From the NCBI GenBank assembly GCA_965229825.1, contig CBDDJQ010000013.1, positions 1,030,282 to 1,094,281 of the forward strand: a stretch of DNA of 64,000 bases. The letters are read 5' to 3'. The notes under the pieces were generated by a model that saw only the letters and a list, made by a program, of their open reading frames with translations, did not search any database and was not told the origin of the DNA. The position numbers and the translations under genes were made by a program. Below are positions 8,540-18,014 of the stretch, one piece after another. Numbering within the stretch: the first letter of the stretch is position 1; each line of letters begins with the position of its first letter. The stretch is from Vicinamibacterales bacterium. Lineage in GTDB: Bacteria > Acidobacteriota > Vicinamibacteria > Vicinamibacterales > UBA8438.

Positions 8540-9471
8540 GCGCGTCACCGGTCGCCGGACCCGTCCGGCGGGTGACCGTGCGGGCGCACGCCAAGATCAA
8601 TCTGGACCTGCGGGTCGGCGGCCGGCGCCGCGATGGTTACCACGATCTGCGGACCATCCTGCAGTCCATCGGATTGCACGACACGCTCATGCTGCGGGCC
8701 GTCGAGGGCGTCTGCCGCATTCGATGCTCCACGACCGGGGTGCCGTCGGGGCCGGACAACCTGGTCCACCGCGCCGCCCAGCGGCTGTGGACCGAGCTGG
8801 GAGGATGCGGCGACGTTCGGGGCGTGGCCGTGACCATCCGAAAGCGAATCCCGGTCGCGGCGGGGCTGGGGGGCGGGACCGCGGACGCGGTGGCCGTGCT
8901 TCGAGGCCTGTGCGGCCTGTGGGGACGGACCCTGCCTGCGGCCCGGCTCCACGAGCTGGCGGCCGATGTGGGCGCCGACGGTCCGTTCTTCCTGGTCGGC
9001 GGCACGGTGCTCGGGGTGGGGCGCGGGGACGAGGTCTATCCGCTCGCCGAGCTGCCTCCGCACTGGGTGGTGGTGGCGGTCCCCCCGCACGGCGTCTCGA
9101 CCGCCGCCGCCTACGGGTGGCTCGACGATGACCGGGCATCGGCGTCCCGGGAAGGACCGGCCGGCGCGAAGGCTTCGCCGCCGGGGCGGTTTGCCGGGGC
9201 GACGCTCCTGCTCGACGATCTGCGCAACGACCTGGAGGGGCCGGTGGTGCGGCGCCGCAGCGGTATCGGTGAGACGACCGGGTTGCTGCTGGATGCCGGA
9301 GCACGCCGGGCCGGCATGACCGGCAGCGGTTCCGCGGTGTTCGGTCTCTTCGAGCGCCGGGGCGCGGCCCTCGGAGCGGTCCGGGATCTGCGGACGCGCC
9401 GGGAAGGGTGGACCGTGTGCCTCACGCGGACGATGGACCGGGCTCGACTCGAGCGGCGATTCCGGGTGTGA
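8536..9471 (+). CDS. ispE: 4-diphosphocytidyl-2-C-methyl-D-erythritol kinase
   Basis: VRAHAKINLDLRVGGRRRDGYHDL.TILQSI and the GHMP motif PVAAGLGGGTADAVA. Start is ATG 8536. Confidence 0.9.
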   Translation: MSASPVAGPVRRVTVRAHAKINLDLRVGGRRRDGYHDLRTILQSIGLHDTLMLRAVEGVCRIRCSTTGVPSGPDNLVHRAAQRLWTELGGCGDVRGVAVTIRKRIPVAAGLGGGTADAVAVLRGLCGLWGRTLPAARLHELAADVGADGPFFLVGGTVLGVGRGDEVYPLAELPPHWVVVAVPPHGVSTAAAYGWLDDDRASASREGPAGAKASPPGRFAGATLLLDDLRNDLEGPVVRRRSGIGETTGLLLDAGARRAGMTGSGSAVFGLFERRGAALGAVRDLRTRREGWTVCLTRTMDRARLERRFRV

Positions 9472-9596
9472 CGACAGGGGCGGCGGTCGGGACGAGAAAA
9501 TCCGCCTGCCGGTCCTTGATGGGTTTGAGCAGTCTGGTTACAATAGCGGGTTCGCGGTAGTCAGTAGGTCCTGCTGCGTGCGGGACAGGCCCTCGC

Positions 9597-9644
9597 TGGA
9601 TGGGGCGTGGCCAAGTGGTCTGGATGGGGCGTGGCCAAGTGGTA
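9597..9644 (+). repeat. 24-bp tandem duplication covering the 5' end of tRNA-Gln
   Basis: TGGATGGGGCGTGGCCAAGTGGT occurs at 9597-9619 and again at 9621-9643; the 24th base is C versus A. The second copy runs into the functional tRNA. Confidence 0.9.
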
Positions 9645-9699
9645 AGGCGCGGGACTTTGGCTCCCGTATTCGAAGGTTCGAATCCTTCCGCCCCAGCCA
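9625..9699 (+). tRNA. tRNA-Gln (anticodon TTG)
   Basis: Cloverleaf folded by hand. Acceptor TGGGGCG/CGCCCCA, anticodon stem CGGGA/TCCCG, loop CTTTGGC, T-arm GAAGG-TTCGAAT-CCTTC, encoded CCA. Confidence 0.9.
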
Positions 9700-9758
9700 T
9701 ACCGCCGGCAGCGGCGTGCCCCCCCGCGAACGGCCCTGCCGGGCCGGAATCGACGGCG

Positions 9759-10703
9759 ATGTTGAACGGGCAACTCAAACTCTTCTCGGGCAGCGCGCAT
9801 CCGCGGTTGGCGCAGGAGATCGCCGACTATCTCGGTGCGCCGCTGGGCCGCGCGAACCTCAAGCGGTTCGCGGACACGGAGGTATCGTTTCGGATCGACG
9901 AGAACATCCGTGGTGCGGACGTGTTCATTCTGCAACCGACGTGCACGCCGGTCGATGCGCACCTGATTGAGCTGTGCGTCATGATCGACGCGTTTCGGCG
10001 GTCATCGGCGGCTCGCATCACCGCCGTCATGCCGTACTACGGCTACGCGCGGCAGGACCGGAAGGACAAGCCCCGGGTTCCGATTTCCGCGAAGCTGGTG
10101 GCGAATCTGCTGTGTGCGGCCGGGGCCAATCGCATTCTCACCATGGACCTGCACAAGGCCCAGATCCAGGGGTTCTTCGACATCCCGGTCGATCACCTGT
10201 TCGCCGCCCCCGTGTTCATTCAGCATCTGTCCGGGTTTCAGGACCCGCGTCTGGTGTTCGTGTCGCCGGACGCCGGCGGCGTCGAGCGTGCACGGGCCTA
10301 TGCCAAACGGCTCGGCGCGGATCTGGCCATCATCGACAAACGTCGTTCCGAGGACGGCCGGGCCGAGGTGATGCACGTCGTGGGCGACGTGAAGGACCGC
10401 GTATGCATCATCCAGGACGACATCGTCGACACGGCGGGCACGCTGGTCCAGAGCGCGTCGGCGCTGCGGAAGAACGGCGCCGCGCGGGTGATCGCGTGTG
10501 CGGTGCACGGTGTGCTGTCGGGTCCGGCACTGGAGCGGATCGAGGGGTCGGAGCTCGAAAGGCTGGTGGTCACGAACACCATACCGCCCCGCCCGGAGAT
10601 TGTCGCATCCACCAAGATCGAGATACTGTCCGTCGCCCCGTTGCTGGGGAAGGCGATTCAGAGCATTCACCAGGAGACATCCGTGTCGTCGCTGTTCGTC
10701 TGA
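9759..10703 (+). CDS. prs: Ribose-phosphate pyrophosphokinase
   Basis: MLNGQLKLFSGSAHPRLAQEIADYLG... and the PRPP loop IIQDDIVDTAGTL. The ORF-track start 9600 reads through the tRNA and is rejected. Confidence 0.95.
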   Translation: MLNGQLKLFSGSAHPRLAQEIADYLGAPLGRANLKRFADTEVSFRIDENIRGADVFILQPTCTPVDAHLIELCVMIDAFRRSSAARITAVMPYYGYARQDRKDKPRVPISAKLVANLLCAAGANRILTMDLHKAQIQGFFDIPVDHLFAAPVFIQHLSGFQDPRLVFVSPDAGGVERARAYAKRLGADLAIIDKRRSEDGRAEVMHVVGDVKDRVCIIQDDIVDTAGTLVQSASALRKNGAARVIACAVHGVLSGPALERIEGSELERLVVTNTIPPRPEIVASTKIEILSVAPLLGKAIQSIHQETSVSSLFV

Positions 10704-10740
10704 GGCGAGGCGGGTCGGCTCATTGCCAGCAGGTTCATTC

Positions 10741-11400
10741 ATGGAAACCACGTTGCAAGCAGAGATCAGGTCCGAACGCGGCAAGAACGTCGCCCGTCGA
10801 CTTCGTCGAGCCGGCCGTGTTCCCGGCGTCGTCTACGGCGAAGGGGGGGGGACGGCCGGGTCCGGCACGCTCGCCATCAGCGTCGAACCCGGTGCCCTGT
10901 CGCGAGTGCTCCACTCGGACGCCGGCGCCAATACCCTGATCGGTCTCACCGTCGGCAGCGCGGGCTCGAACAACGTGCTGATCAAGGACTATCAGGTCGA
11001 CCCCATTTCACACCAGCTTCTTCATGTCGATTTCTATCGGGTCGCCATGGACAAGGTCATAACCGTCACCGTGCCCATCGAGCTGTCGGGGGAGGCGGAA
11101 GGGGTCAAGGTGCAGGGCGGCCTGATCGATTTCGTGCAGCGCGAGGTGGCCATAGCCTGCCTGCCGTCCGAGATTCCGGAGCATATCGGCGTCGATGTCT
11201 CGTCGTTGACAATCGGCCAGGGCATACGACTCAAGGACGTCCTCGGCGTGGCGTCGTGGCAACCGGTGAGCGACCCCGAGACGCTCATCGTTCATGTCAT
11301 TGCGCCGAAACTCGAGGCGGAACCGGAAACGGACGAGACGGAGGCCGAGGCCGAGGCCGATTCGGCGGCGGAGGAGGCCGGGAGCAAGACGGAGGGATGA
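10741..11400 (+). CDS. rplY: 50S ribosomal protein L25 / general stress protein Ctc
   Basis: METTLQAEIRSERGKNVARRLRRAGRVPGVVYG..., a two-domain Ctc-type L25 with an acidic tail. Sits between prs and pth. Confidence 0.9.
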   Translation: METTLQAEIRSERGKNVARRLRRAGRVPGVVYGEGGGTAGSGTLAISVEPGALSRVLHSDAGANTLIGLTVGSAGSNNVLIKDYQVDPISHQLLHVDFYRVAMDKVITVTVPIELSGEAEGVKVQGGLIDFVQREVAIACLPSEIPEHIGVDVSSLTIGQGIRLKDVLGVASWQPVSDPETLIVHVIAPKLEAEPETDETEAEAEADSAAEEAGSKTEG

Positions 11401-11461
11401 CCCGGATGCCGTGGCGGGCGCCGGGGCAGCCGGCTGGTGCGGGCTCTCTTTGTGCAGGACC

Positions 11462-12073
11462 GTGAAGCTGATCGTGGGGCTTGGAAACCCCGGCGCGGAG
11501 TACCGGGGGACCAGACACAACGTCGGCTTCGAGGTGCTCGACGAGACCGCCAAGCGCTGGAATCTCTCGTTTCGGACCGCTCCCGCCGACGCCATGCTGG
11601 CCAACTCGCCGCCGGTGCCGGGGGGCCGTGACGCGGTTCTGCTGGCAAAGCCGCAGACCTACATGAACCGCAGCGGGTTCGCGGTCGGCGCATTGCTGCG
11701 GTACTACCGAATCGAGCTGGGCGATCTGCTGGTGGTCACCGAGGATGTGAATCTGCCGTTGGGTCGGTTGCGGGCCCGCCGTCAGGGATCGTCCGGGGGA
11801 CACAACGGCCTGCGTTCGATCATCGACGCGGTCGCCGGAGAGCAAGGGTTCTCGCGCCTGCGGGTCGGGGTGGGGCGCGGCGACCCGCGGCAGGACCTGT
11901 CGCGGCGGGTTCTGTCCCGGTTCAACCGCACGGAGCGCCCGGCGATGGACGACGGCGTGCGGCGTGCGGCCGATGCGGTGGAGATGTTCGTCGACGCCGG
12001 CATCGGTCCGGTCATGAACACGTTCAATCGGCAGGAAACCGAGAGGGGTGACGAGAAGGATCCGCCAGATTGA
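11462..12073 (+). CDS. pth: Peptidyl-tRNA hydrolase
   Basis: GTG start. (V)KLIVGLGNPGAEYRGTRHNVGF... and GGHNGLRSI motifs. Confidence 0.9.
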   Translation: MKLIVGLGNPGAEYRGTRHNVGFEVLDETAKRWNLSFRTAPADAMLANSPPVPGGRDAVLLAKPQTYMNRSGFAVGALLRYYRIELGDLLVVTEDVNLPLGRLRARRQGSSGGHNGLRSIIDAVAGEQGFSRLRVGVGRGDPRQDLSRRVLSRFNRTERPAMDDGVRRAADAVEMFVDAGIGPVMNTFNRQETERGDEKDPPD

Positions 12074-12085
12074 GCCGGTCCCGTA

Positions 12086-12114
12086 TTGACGCCGGTTCTC
12101 CGGTCCGTTACTCT
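12086..12114 (+). promoter_or_regulatory. Candidate promoter of the rpsF-rpsR-rplI operon
   Basis: TTGACG (12086-12091), 17-nt spacer, TACTCT (12109-12114), ~80 nt upstream of the rpsF ATG. Confidence 0.35.
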
Positions 12115-12196
12115 CGTGAACAGAGAGGGGCGCATTCGCGCCGGCCTCGTTCACTCCTTGCCACGCCGGGTGGCCGTCGAGTCCAGAAGGAGCTGC

Positions 12197-12838
12197 ATGC
12201 CAAACGATAGACAATACGAATTCGTGTACGTCCTCGCGCCCACCGTCGCCAATGCCGAGGTGGAAGCGCTGCAGGGTCGGATAGACGAGCAGATTCTCAA
12301 GCTCGGCGGGACGGTGGAGAATACCGATCTGTGGGGACGCCGCAAGCTCGCGTACCCGATTGGCAACTTCACGGAGGGCATCTACGTCGTTCAGCTCATC
12401 CACGGGCCGGGCAGCATGGTGACCGAGCTCGAACGCCGGCTGCGCGTGAATGACGATGTCCTGCGGTATCTCACGGTGCGCGTAGACGACGACCTCCGCA
12501 AGGTGCGGCGGGCGGCCGAGAAGCGGAAGGCGACGTCGGAGCGGCGCCGCGCCGCGCGTGGTCTGCCGGAGGAACCGCCGCCGCAACCCTCGTCGGAGCC
12601 CGTGGACGAGGCCCCGGCGGAGAGCGAACCGCCGCCGGAGGTGACGCCGGCGGCTGCGGAGGCGGAGCCGTCGACGTCTGCCTCGGACGGAGGGGCACCG
12701 GCGGAGGGTGAACCGGTGCCGCCCGAGGTGACGCCGTCGGCCTCGGATGAGGCTTCGGCGGAGGGTGAACCAGCGCCGCCGACAGAGGATGAACCTGCGC
12801 CGCCCGCGGCGGAGTCGGATGAACCGGCCGGCAGCTAG
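12197..12838 (+). CDS. rpsF: 30S ribosomal protein S6 with a long Pro/Glu/Ala-rich C-terminal extension
   Basis: Core MPNDRQYEFVYVLAPT...WGRRKLAYPI...YLTVRVDDD (~100 aa), then ~113 aa of tail with imperfect AE(G/S)EP.PPEVTP repeats. Confidence 0.9.
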   Translation: MPNDRQYEFVYVLAPTVANAEVEALQGRIDEQILKLGGTVENTDLWGRRKLAYPIGNFTEGIYVVQLIHGPGSMVTELERRLRVNDDVLRYLTVRVDDDLRKVRRAAEKRKATSERRRAARGLPEEPPPQPSSEPVDEAPAESEPPPEVTPAAAEAEPSTSASDGGAPAEGEPVPPEVTPSASDEASAEGEPAPPTEDEPAPPAAESDEPAGS

Positions 12839-12900
12839 CCGGTTGGCCGTGTGCAACGATTGATGTCCGCGACCCGACGCGAGACATTCGGAGGTGAAGC

Positions 12901-13170
12901 ATGAAGAACGATCGCGGCGCCGCCCGCAAGCCCAAGTCCGACCGGCCTCGACGCGGCATGTTTCGGCGAAAGCGGGTCTGCCGCTTTTGCGTCGACAGGG
13001 TCCCGTTTATCGACTACAAGGATGTTCGGATGCTGATCGCGAGCATTCCCGAACGGGGGAAGATACAGCCTCGACGCTTGTCGGGAACCTGTGCGCCTCA
13101 CCAGCGCAAGCTGCAGACGGCGATCAAGCGCGCACGGCAACTGGCGTTGATTCCGTACGTGACCGACTAG
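12901..13170 (+). CDS. rpsR: 30S ribosomal protein S18
   Basis: 89 aa. ...[65 protein letters not shown]. Confidence 0.95.
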   Translation: MKNDRGAARKPKSDRPRRGMFRRKRVCRFCVDRVPFIDYKDVRMLIASIPERGKIQPRRLSGTCAPHQRKLQTAIKRARQLALIPYVTD

Positions 13171-13219
13171 CAGGAGTCTGCGCTTTCGCGGGTCGAGGCC
13201 CTGTCGTCCGAGTGAAACC

Positions 13220-13750
13220 ATGTCAGTAGAGATCATTTTGAGAGAGCCGGTGGACTACCTCGGACGCCGGGGCGACATCGTGAAGGTCGCCAACGGATAT
13301 GCCCGCAACTATCTCCTGCCACGCCGGTTGGCATTGCCGGTGACCGACGCCAACCGCCGGCAGGTCGAGCGTGAGCGGGTCGTCGCCGATGCGCGTGATG
13401 CGGCCGAGAAGGAGAGCGCGGAAGCGTATGCCGGGCGTCTGAGCCAGGTGGTCTGCGTCATCGCGCGTCGGGTCGGCGAGACCGATACCTTGTACGGATC
13501 GGTCACCGGCGCCGATGTCGCGGCCTCGCTGCTCAAGAAGTCGTTCAAGGTGGACCGGCGCAAGATTCAGCTCGCCGATCCGTTGAAGCGGCTCGGCGCA
13601 CACCGGGTGGCCATCAAGGTGCATCGCGAGGTCACGGCCGAGGTGACGGTTCGTATCGTCAAGGAAGGCGCCGAGGGCGAGGCCGAGGGTGATGAGGCCG
13701 GCAGTGGCGCATCGCCGGAGGCGGAGCCGTCCGGCGCTTCCGCCGAGTAA
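13220..13750 (+). CDS. rplI: 50S ribosomal protein L9
   Basis: MSVEIILREPVDYLGRRGDIVKVANGYARNYLLPRRLALP..., with an acidic C-terminal tail. Confidence 0.95.
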   Translation: MSVEIILREPVDYLGRRGDIVKVANGYARNYLLPRRLALPVTDANRRQVERERVVADARDAAEKESAEAYAGRLSQVVCVIARRVGETDTLYGSVTGADVAASLLKKSFKVDRRKIQLADPLKRLGAHRVAIKVHREVTAEVTVRIVKEGAEGEAEGDEAGSGASPEAEPSGASAE

Positions 13751-13905
13751 TGCCGATTGCATGACCGCATGAAGGCGGCACCCCGGACTCGTGCCGGCTC
13801 CGTCCGGCGCACCACCGGGCCGGTTGCGTGTCGCCTCATGCGGCGTCGGCCGCAGCGGGTCGTTCCCAGGGACGGCTACGCATTACCCTCCCGCTCCCGG
13901 TCCTG

Positions 13906-15261
13906 ATGGTCATGGCCGACGTTGTCTCTTTCCCCTCCGAACGATCGTTGCCTCACAACCTCGAGGCGGAGCGCTGCGTCCTCGGCGCGGTCCTGATTCA
14001 CAACGATGCGTTCAACCAGGCGGCCGAGTTGATCGACGCCGACGACTTCTTCCGGGACGCCCACCGCCGCCTGTTCGACAAGATGATCGACCTCAACGAG
14101 CGGGGCGAGGTGATCGATCTCGTCACCCTCAAGGAGGAGCTCGAACGGTCGGGCGATCTCGACGGCGTCGGGGGACCGGCCTACATTACGGGATTGGTCG
14201 ACGGGGTGCCCCGTTCCACCCACGTCGAGTACTACGCCCGCATCGTCAAGGAAAAGTCGACGCGCCGGAAGATCATCTTCGCCGCGAACGACATTATCGA
14301 GACGGCGTACACCGGTGAAGGGGAGGCCGATACCGTTCTGGACAAGGCGGAGCAGGCGATTTTCAGCATCGCCGACGACAGTGTCCATACCGGATTCGTG
14401 GCGTTGCACGACCTGGTCGAGGCCAGCCACACGAGCATCGACAAGCTGCAGTCGGGCGAGGGCGTCGTCACCGGAGTGCCGAGCGGGTTCGTTGATCTCG
14501 ACAAGTTGACCCGGGGGTTTCAGCCGTCGGATCTGGTCCTCGTGGCGGCGCGGCCGTCCATGGGCAAGACCGCCCTCGTCCTGAACATCGCGCAGTATCT
14601 CGGCGTGCACAAGGACGTGACGGTCGGCGTCTTCAGCCTGGAGATGTCCAAGGAGCAGTTGTTCATGCGGATGCTGACGACCGAGGCGGGGGTCGATTCA
14701 CACAAGTTCCGCGGCGGGTTTCTCGCCCAGCGGGACTACGACAATCTGGCGGCGGCGCTCACCCGCCTGGACGGCGCGAAGGTCTTCATCGACGACAGCG
14801 CCTCCATCGGGGTGCTCGAGATGCGGGCGAAGGCGCGCCGGTTGAAGGCCGAGCACGGGCTGCATCTCGTGGTGGTCGACTACCTCCAGCTCATGACGGG
14901 GCGCGGCCGGTTCGACAACCGCACCCAGGAACTGGCCGCCATTTCGCGGTCGCTGAAGGGTTTGGCGAAGGAGCTGGACGTGCCGGTGGTGGCGCTGTCC
15001 CAGTTGAGCCGGGCTCCCGAGAGCCGGTCCGACCGCCGCCCCCAGCTTTCCGACCTGCGGGAGTCGGGCGCGCTGGAACAGGACGCCGACGTGGTCCTCT
15101 TCATCTTTCGGGAGGAGCAGTACGACCCGAGTCCGGAGAACGAGAACCTGGCGGAGATCATCATCGGCAAGCAGCGGAACGGACCGACGGGGGTCGTCAA
15201 GCTCGCCTTCCTGAAACAGTGCACCAAGTTCGCCAATCTCGCCGATGCCTACGAATCCTGA
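13906..15261 (+). CDS. dnaB: Replicative DNA helicase
   Basis: PHNLEAERCVLGAVL..., Walker A ARPSMGKTALVLN, and LSQLSR/LRESGALEQDADVV motifs. Start is ATG 13906 or 13912. No intein. Confidence 0.95.
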   Translation: MVMADVVSFPSERSLPHNLEAERCVLGAVLIHNDAFNQAAELIDADDFFRDAHRRLFDKMIDLNERGEVIDLVTLKEELERSGDLDGVGGPAYITGLVDGVPRSTHVEYYARIVKEKSTRRKIIFAANDIIETAYTGEGEADTVLDKAEQAIFSIADDSVHTGFVALHDLVEASHTSIDKLQSGEGVVTGVPSGFVDLDKLTRGFQPSDLVLVAARPSMGKTALVLNIAQYLGVHKDVTVGVFSLEMSKEQLFMRMLTTEAGVDSHKFRGGFLAQRDYDNLAAALTRLDGAKVFIDDSASIGVLEMRAKARRLKAEHGLHLVVVDYLQLMTGRGRFDNRTQELAAISRSLKGLAKELDVPVVALSQLSRAPESRSDRRPQLSDLRESGALEQDADVVLFIFREEQYDPSPENENLAEIIIGKQRNGPTGVVKLAFLKQCTKFANLADAYES

Positions 15262-15412
15262 TCGCCGGGCGTCGCATCGGACATCGCGTCGCCGGATCGG
15301 CGTGCCGGGAGCGCCCGGCGGAACCCCGCGTTGCCGCGAGACCCCCGGTGGGATGCGGCGGAGCTTTCGCCACCGGCGCCCGGGGTGCCGGCGGCTCGTG
15401 GGGTGATGCACG

Positions 15413-16576
15413 GTGTCCGGTCCACCCCGGAAGCCGGTCTCGGTCGCCGTCCGGCCGACGTTTGCCCAGGTCGATCTCGACGCGGTGCGGGCCAACTACG
15501 CGGCGGTGGCGCGTCACGTGAGCGGCCCGGCGGCTCCGCAGGTGATTGCGGTCGTGAAGGCGAACGGCTACGGGCACGGCGCGGTCCCGGTGGCCCGGGC
15601 CCTGGAATCGGCCGGGGCCGGCATGCTCGCCTGCGCGGACATCGAGGAAGCGGTGACCCTCCGCCAGGGTGGGATTCGCGCGCCCATTCTCGTGTTCGGC
15701 GCCCTCAGCGTCAGCGATCTGGACGGCGTGTTCGCCCACCGGCTGACCCCGACCGTGTCTTCGCCGTTTGCCGCCCGCGCGTTGAGCGATGCCGCGGTCC
15801 GGCGGGGAGTGACGGTGGCGTGCCACCTGAAGATCGACACCGGCATGAACCGGCTCGGATTCCGTTTCGACAATCTGAGTCGCACCATGCCCGATGTGCT
15901 GGGCCGGCCGGGGCTCGAGATCGCGGCGGTGTATACGCATTTCGCCACCGCGGATGACCCGGTGCACCCGCTGTTCGAGCTGCAGCGGACGCGTTTCGAC
16001 GAGTCCTTGCGCTGTCTGGCCGCGCTCGGGGTCCGCCCGGCGATGAGACACGCGGCGAACAGCGCCGCCCTGTTGCGGGACCGGAAGACCTGGTACGACG
16101 GCGTCCGGCCGGGGTTGCTGCTCTACGGTCTGATTCCACCCGGCGTCGACGCATCGCTTCCGGTGGTGCCGGTGATGACGATGCGCAGCCGGGTCGTCGC
16201 CGTGAAGGGGATGCGGGTCGACGAGACGACCGGCTACGGTGCGCAGGCCCCGGTCCTGCGTCCGACCACCATCGCGGTGGTGCCGGCCGGCTATGCGGAC
16301 GGTCTCGACGTGCGCATGGCGGGACGCGGCTCGGTGCTCGTGCGCGGCCGGCGGGCGCCGGTCGTCGGCGCCGTGTCGATGGACTCGATTACGATCGACG
16401 TGACCGGTCTCGACGTAACCCCCGGGGACGAAGTGGTGCTGATGGGCGCGCAGTGCGGGGAGCGTATCGACGCCGGCGAGATAGCGGCGGCGCTGGACAC
16501 CGTACCGCATGAGATTCTGTGTCGGACCGGGAGTCGGATCGTCCGCACCTACGCCGGTCGTCCGGACGGTCCTTAG
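15413..16576 (+). CDS. alr: Alanine racemase
   Basis: GTG start. The PLP-lysine block VIAVVKANGYGHGAV and the C-terminal ...EILCRTGSRI are typical of Alr. Confidence 0.9.
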   Translation: MSGPPRKPVSVAVRPTFAQVDLDAVRANYAAVARHVSGPAAPQVIAVVKANGYGHGAVPVARALESAGAGMLACADIEEAVTLRQGGIRAPILVFGALSVSDLDGVFAHRLTPTVSSPFAARALSDAAVRRGVTVACHLKIDTGMNRLGFRFDNLSRTMPDVLGRPGLEIAAVYTHFATADDPVHPLFELQRTRFDESLRCLAALGVRPAMRHAANSAALLRDRKTWYDGVRPGLLLYGLIPPGVDASLPVVPVMTMRSRVVAVKGMRVDETTGYGAQAPVLRPTTIAVVPAGYADGLDVRMAGRGSVLVRGRRAPVVGAVSMDSITIDVTGLDVTPGDEVVLMGAQCGERIDAGEIAAALDTVPHEILCRTGSRIVRTYAGRPDGP

Positions 16577-16594
16577 CTCGTTGGAGATGCACGC

Positions 16595-17968
16595 GTGGCT
16601 CCCGTGAAATCACCCGACACCGTCTTCGTTTGTCAGGCCTGCGGGGCCCAGGTGCGGAAGTGGCTGGGACGATGTCCCGACTGCGGCGAATGGAACTCGC
16701 TGGTCGAAGAACGGGCCGTGAAGCGGGGGTCCGATCCCGGTTCGAGACCAGGCCTCACCGGTACGGAAGCGCAGCTCTTTACCGATATCGAAACATCGGA
16801 TGCGGATCGTATATCGACCGGGGTCAGCGAGCTCGACCGGGTGCTGGGCGGAGGTCTCGTGCCGGGGTCGCTCGTCCTGCTCGGGGGCGAGCCGGGCATC
16901 GGGAAGTCGACGCTGCTGCTGCAGGCGGCGGCGCAGGTAGCGGCGGCCGGCCGGACCGTCCTCTATTGCTCGGGCGAGGAGTCCCCGCATCAGGTGCGTC
17001 GGCGGGGAGAGCGTCTCGGCCTGGCGCCGCCCCGGTTGCACGTGCTGGCCGAAACCTGTCTGGAACGCGTGATCGACGAGGTGACGCGGCTGTCGCCGGA
17101 CCTGGTGATCGTCGACTCGATTCAGACGGTGTTCTCGCTCAAGCTCGAGTCGGCTCCGGGAACCGTCGCCCAGGTGCGGGACGCGGCGAACCACCTGCTC
17201 TTCGTGGCCAAGGGACGCAACGTTCCGGTTCTCGTCGTGGGGCACGTGACGAAGGACGGCAGTCTCGCCGGTCCCAAGGTGCTGGAGCACATCGTCGACA
17301 CGGTGCTCTATTTCGAGGGAGACCGGTATCACGCGCACCGCATCGTGCGGGCGGTGAAGAACCGGTTCGGAGCGGTGAGCGAAATCGGGGTGTTCGAGAT
17401 GACGGCCGCCGGCCTGCGCGCGGTGCTCAACCCGTCCGCGCAGTTCCTGTCGCAACGCAAGGCGGACGTGCCGGGATCGGTCGTGCTCTGTTCGTTGGAG
17501 GGGTCGCGGCCCATTCTGGTCGAGGTGCAGGCCCTGGTCGGCGCCGGCGTCTACGGCAACGCCCAGCGGGTGGCCAACGGCGTCGACCGCCAGCGCCTGT
17601 CGTTGTTGCTGACGGTGCTCGAGAAACGCGCCGGTCTGTCGCTCATGGGCGAGGACGTGTTCGTGAACGTGCCGGGGGGCATCCCGGTGCACGAACCGGC
17701 CGCCGATCTCGCGGTGGTTGCGGCGGTAGCGTCGAGCCTGCGCAATCAGCCGGTGCCGGCCGGCGCCGCCCTGTTCGGCGAGGTCGGGTTGGCGGGAGAG
17801 ATTCGGGGCACCACGCAGCCCGGATTGCGGGTTCGCGAGGCGGCGCAGATGGGGTTCACGCGCTGTGTCATGCCGAGGGGCGACAAGGAGGACGGCATGT
17901 CCGCACCGGGCTGCGAGCTGTTTCCGGTCGACAGCGTCGGCCAGGCGCTGGAAGGACTGTTCGCATGA
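16595..17968 (+). CDS. radA: DNA repair protein RadA/Sms
   Basis: N-terminal zinc finger FVCQACGAQVRKWLGRCPDCGEWNS, Walker A GGEPGIGKSTL, KNRFG motif and a Lon-like C-terminal domain. Confidence 0.95.
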   Translation: MAPVKSPDTVFVCQACGAQVRKWLGRCPDCGEWNSLVEERAVKRGSDPGSRPGLTGTEAQLFTDIETSDADRISTGVSELDRVLGGGLVPGSLVLLGGEPGIGKSTLLLQAAAQVAAAGRTVLYCSGEESPHQVRRRGERLGLAPPRLHVLAETCLERVIDEVTRLSPDLVIVDSIQTVFSLKLESAPGTVAQVRDAANHLLFVAKGRNVPVLVVGHVTKDGSLAGPKVLEHIVDTVLYFEGDRYHAHRIVRAVKNRFGAVSEIGVFEMTAAGLRAVLNPSAQFLSQRKADVPGSVVLCSLEGSRPILVEVQALVGAGVYGNAQRVANGVDRQRLSLLLTVLEKRAGLSLMGEDVFVNVPGGIPVHEPAADLAVVAAVASSLRNQPVPAGAALFGEVGLAGEIRGTTQPGLRVREAAQMGFTRCVMPRGDKEDGMSAPGCELFPVDSVGQALEGLFA

Positions 17969-18014
17969 GGGCCGGGCATCGGTTCGGGTTGGTCTTCCCG
18001 GGGGGGGCGGCGCC

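Noticed and set aside
10843-10851. Homopolymeric G tracts: G9 inside rplY (codons GGG GGG GGG), G8 at 18000-18007 upstream of ispDF, and G8 at 19210-19217 upstream of rlmB, considered as possible phase-variation sites.
   Set aside because: Such runs are plausible by composition in very GC-rich DNA. They sit in or near essential housekeeping genes where on/off switching is unlikely, and there is no evidence of length variation.
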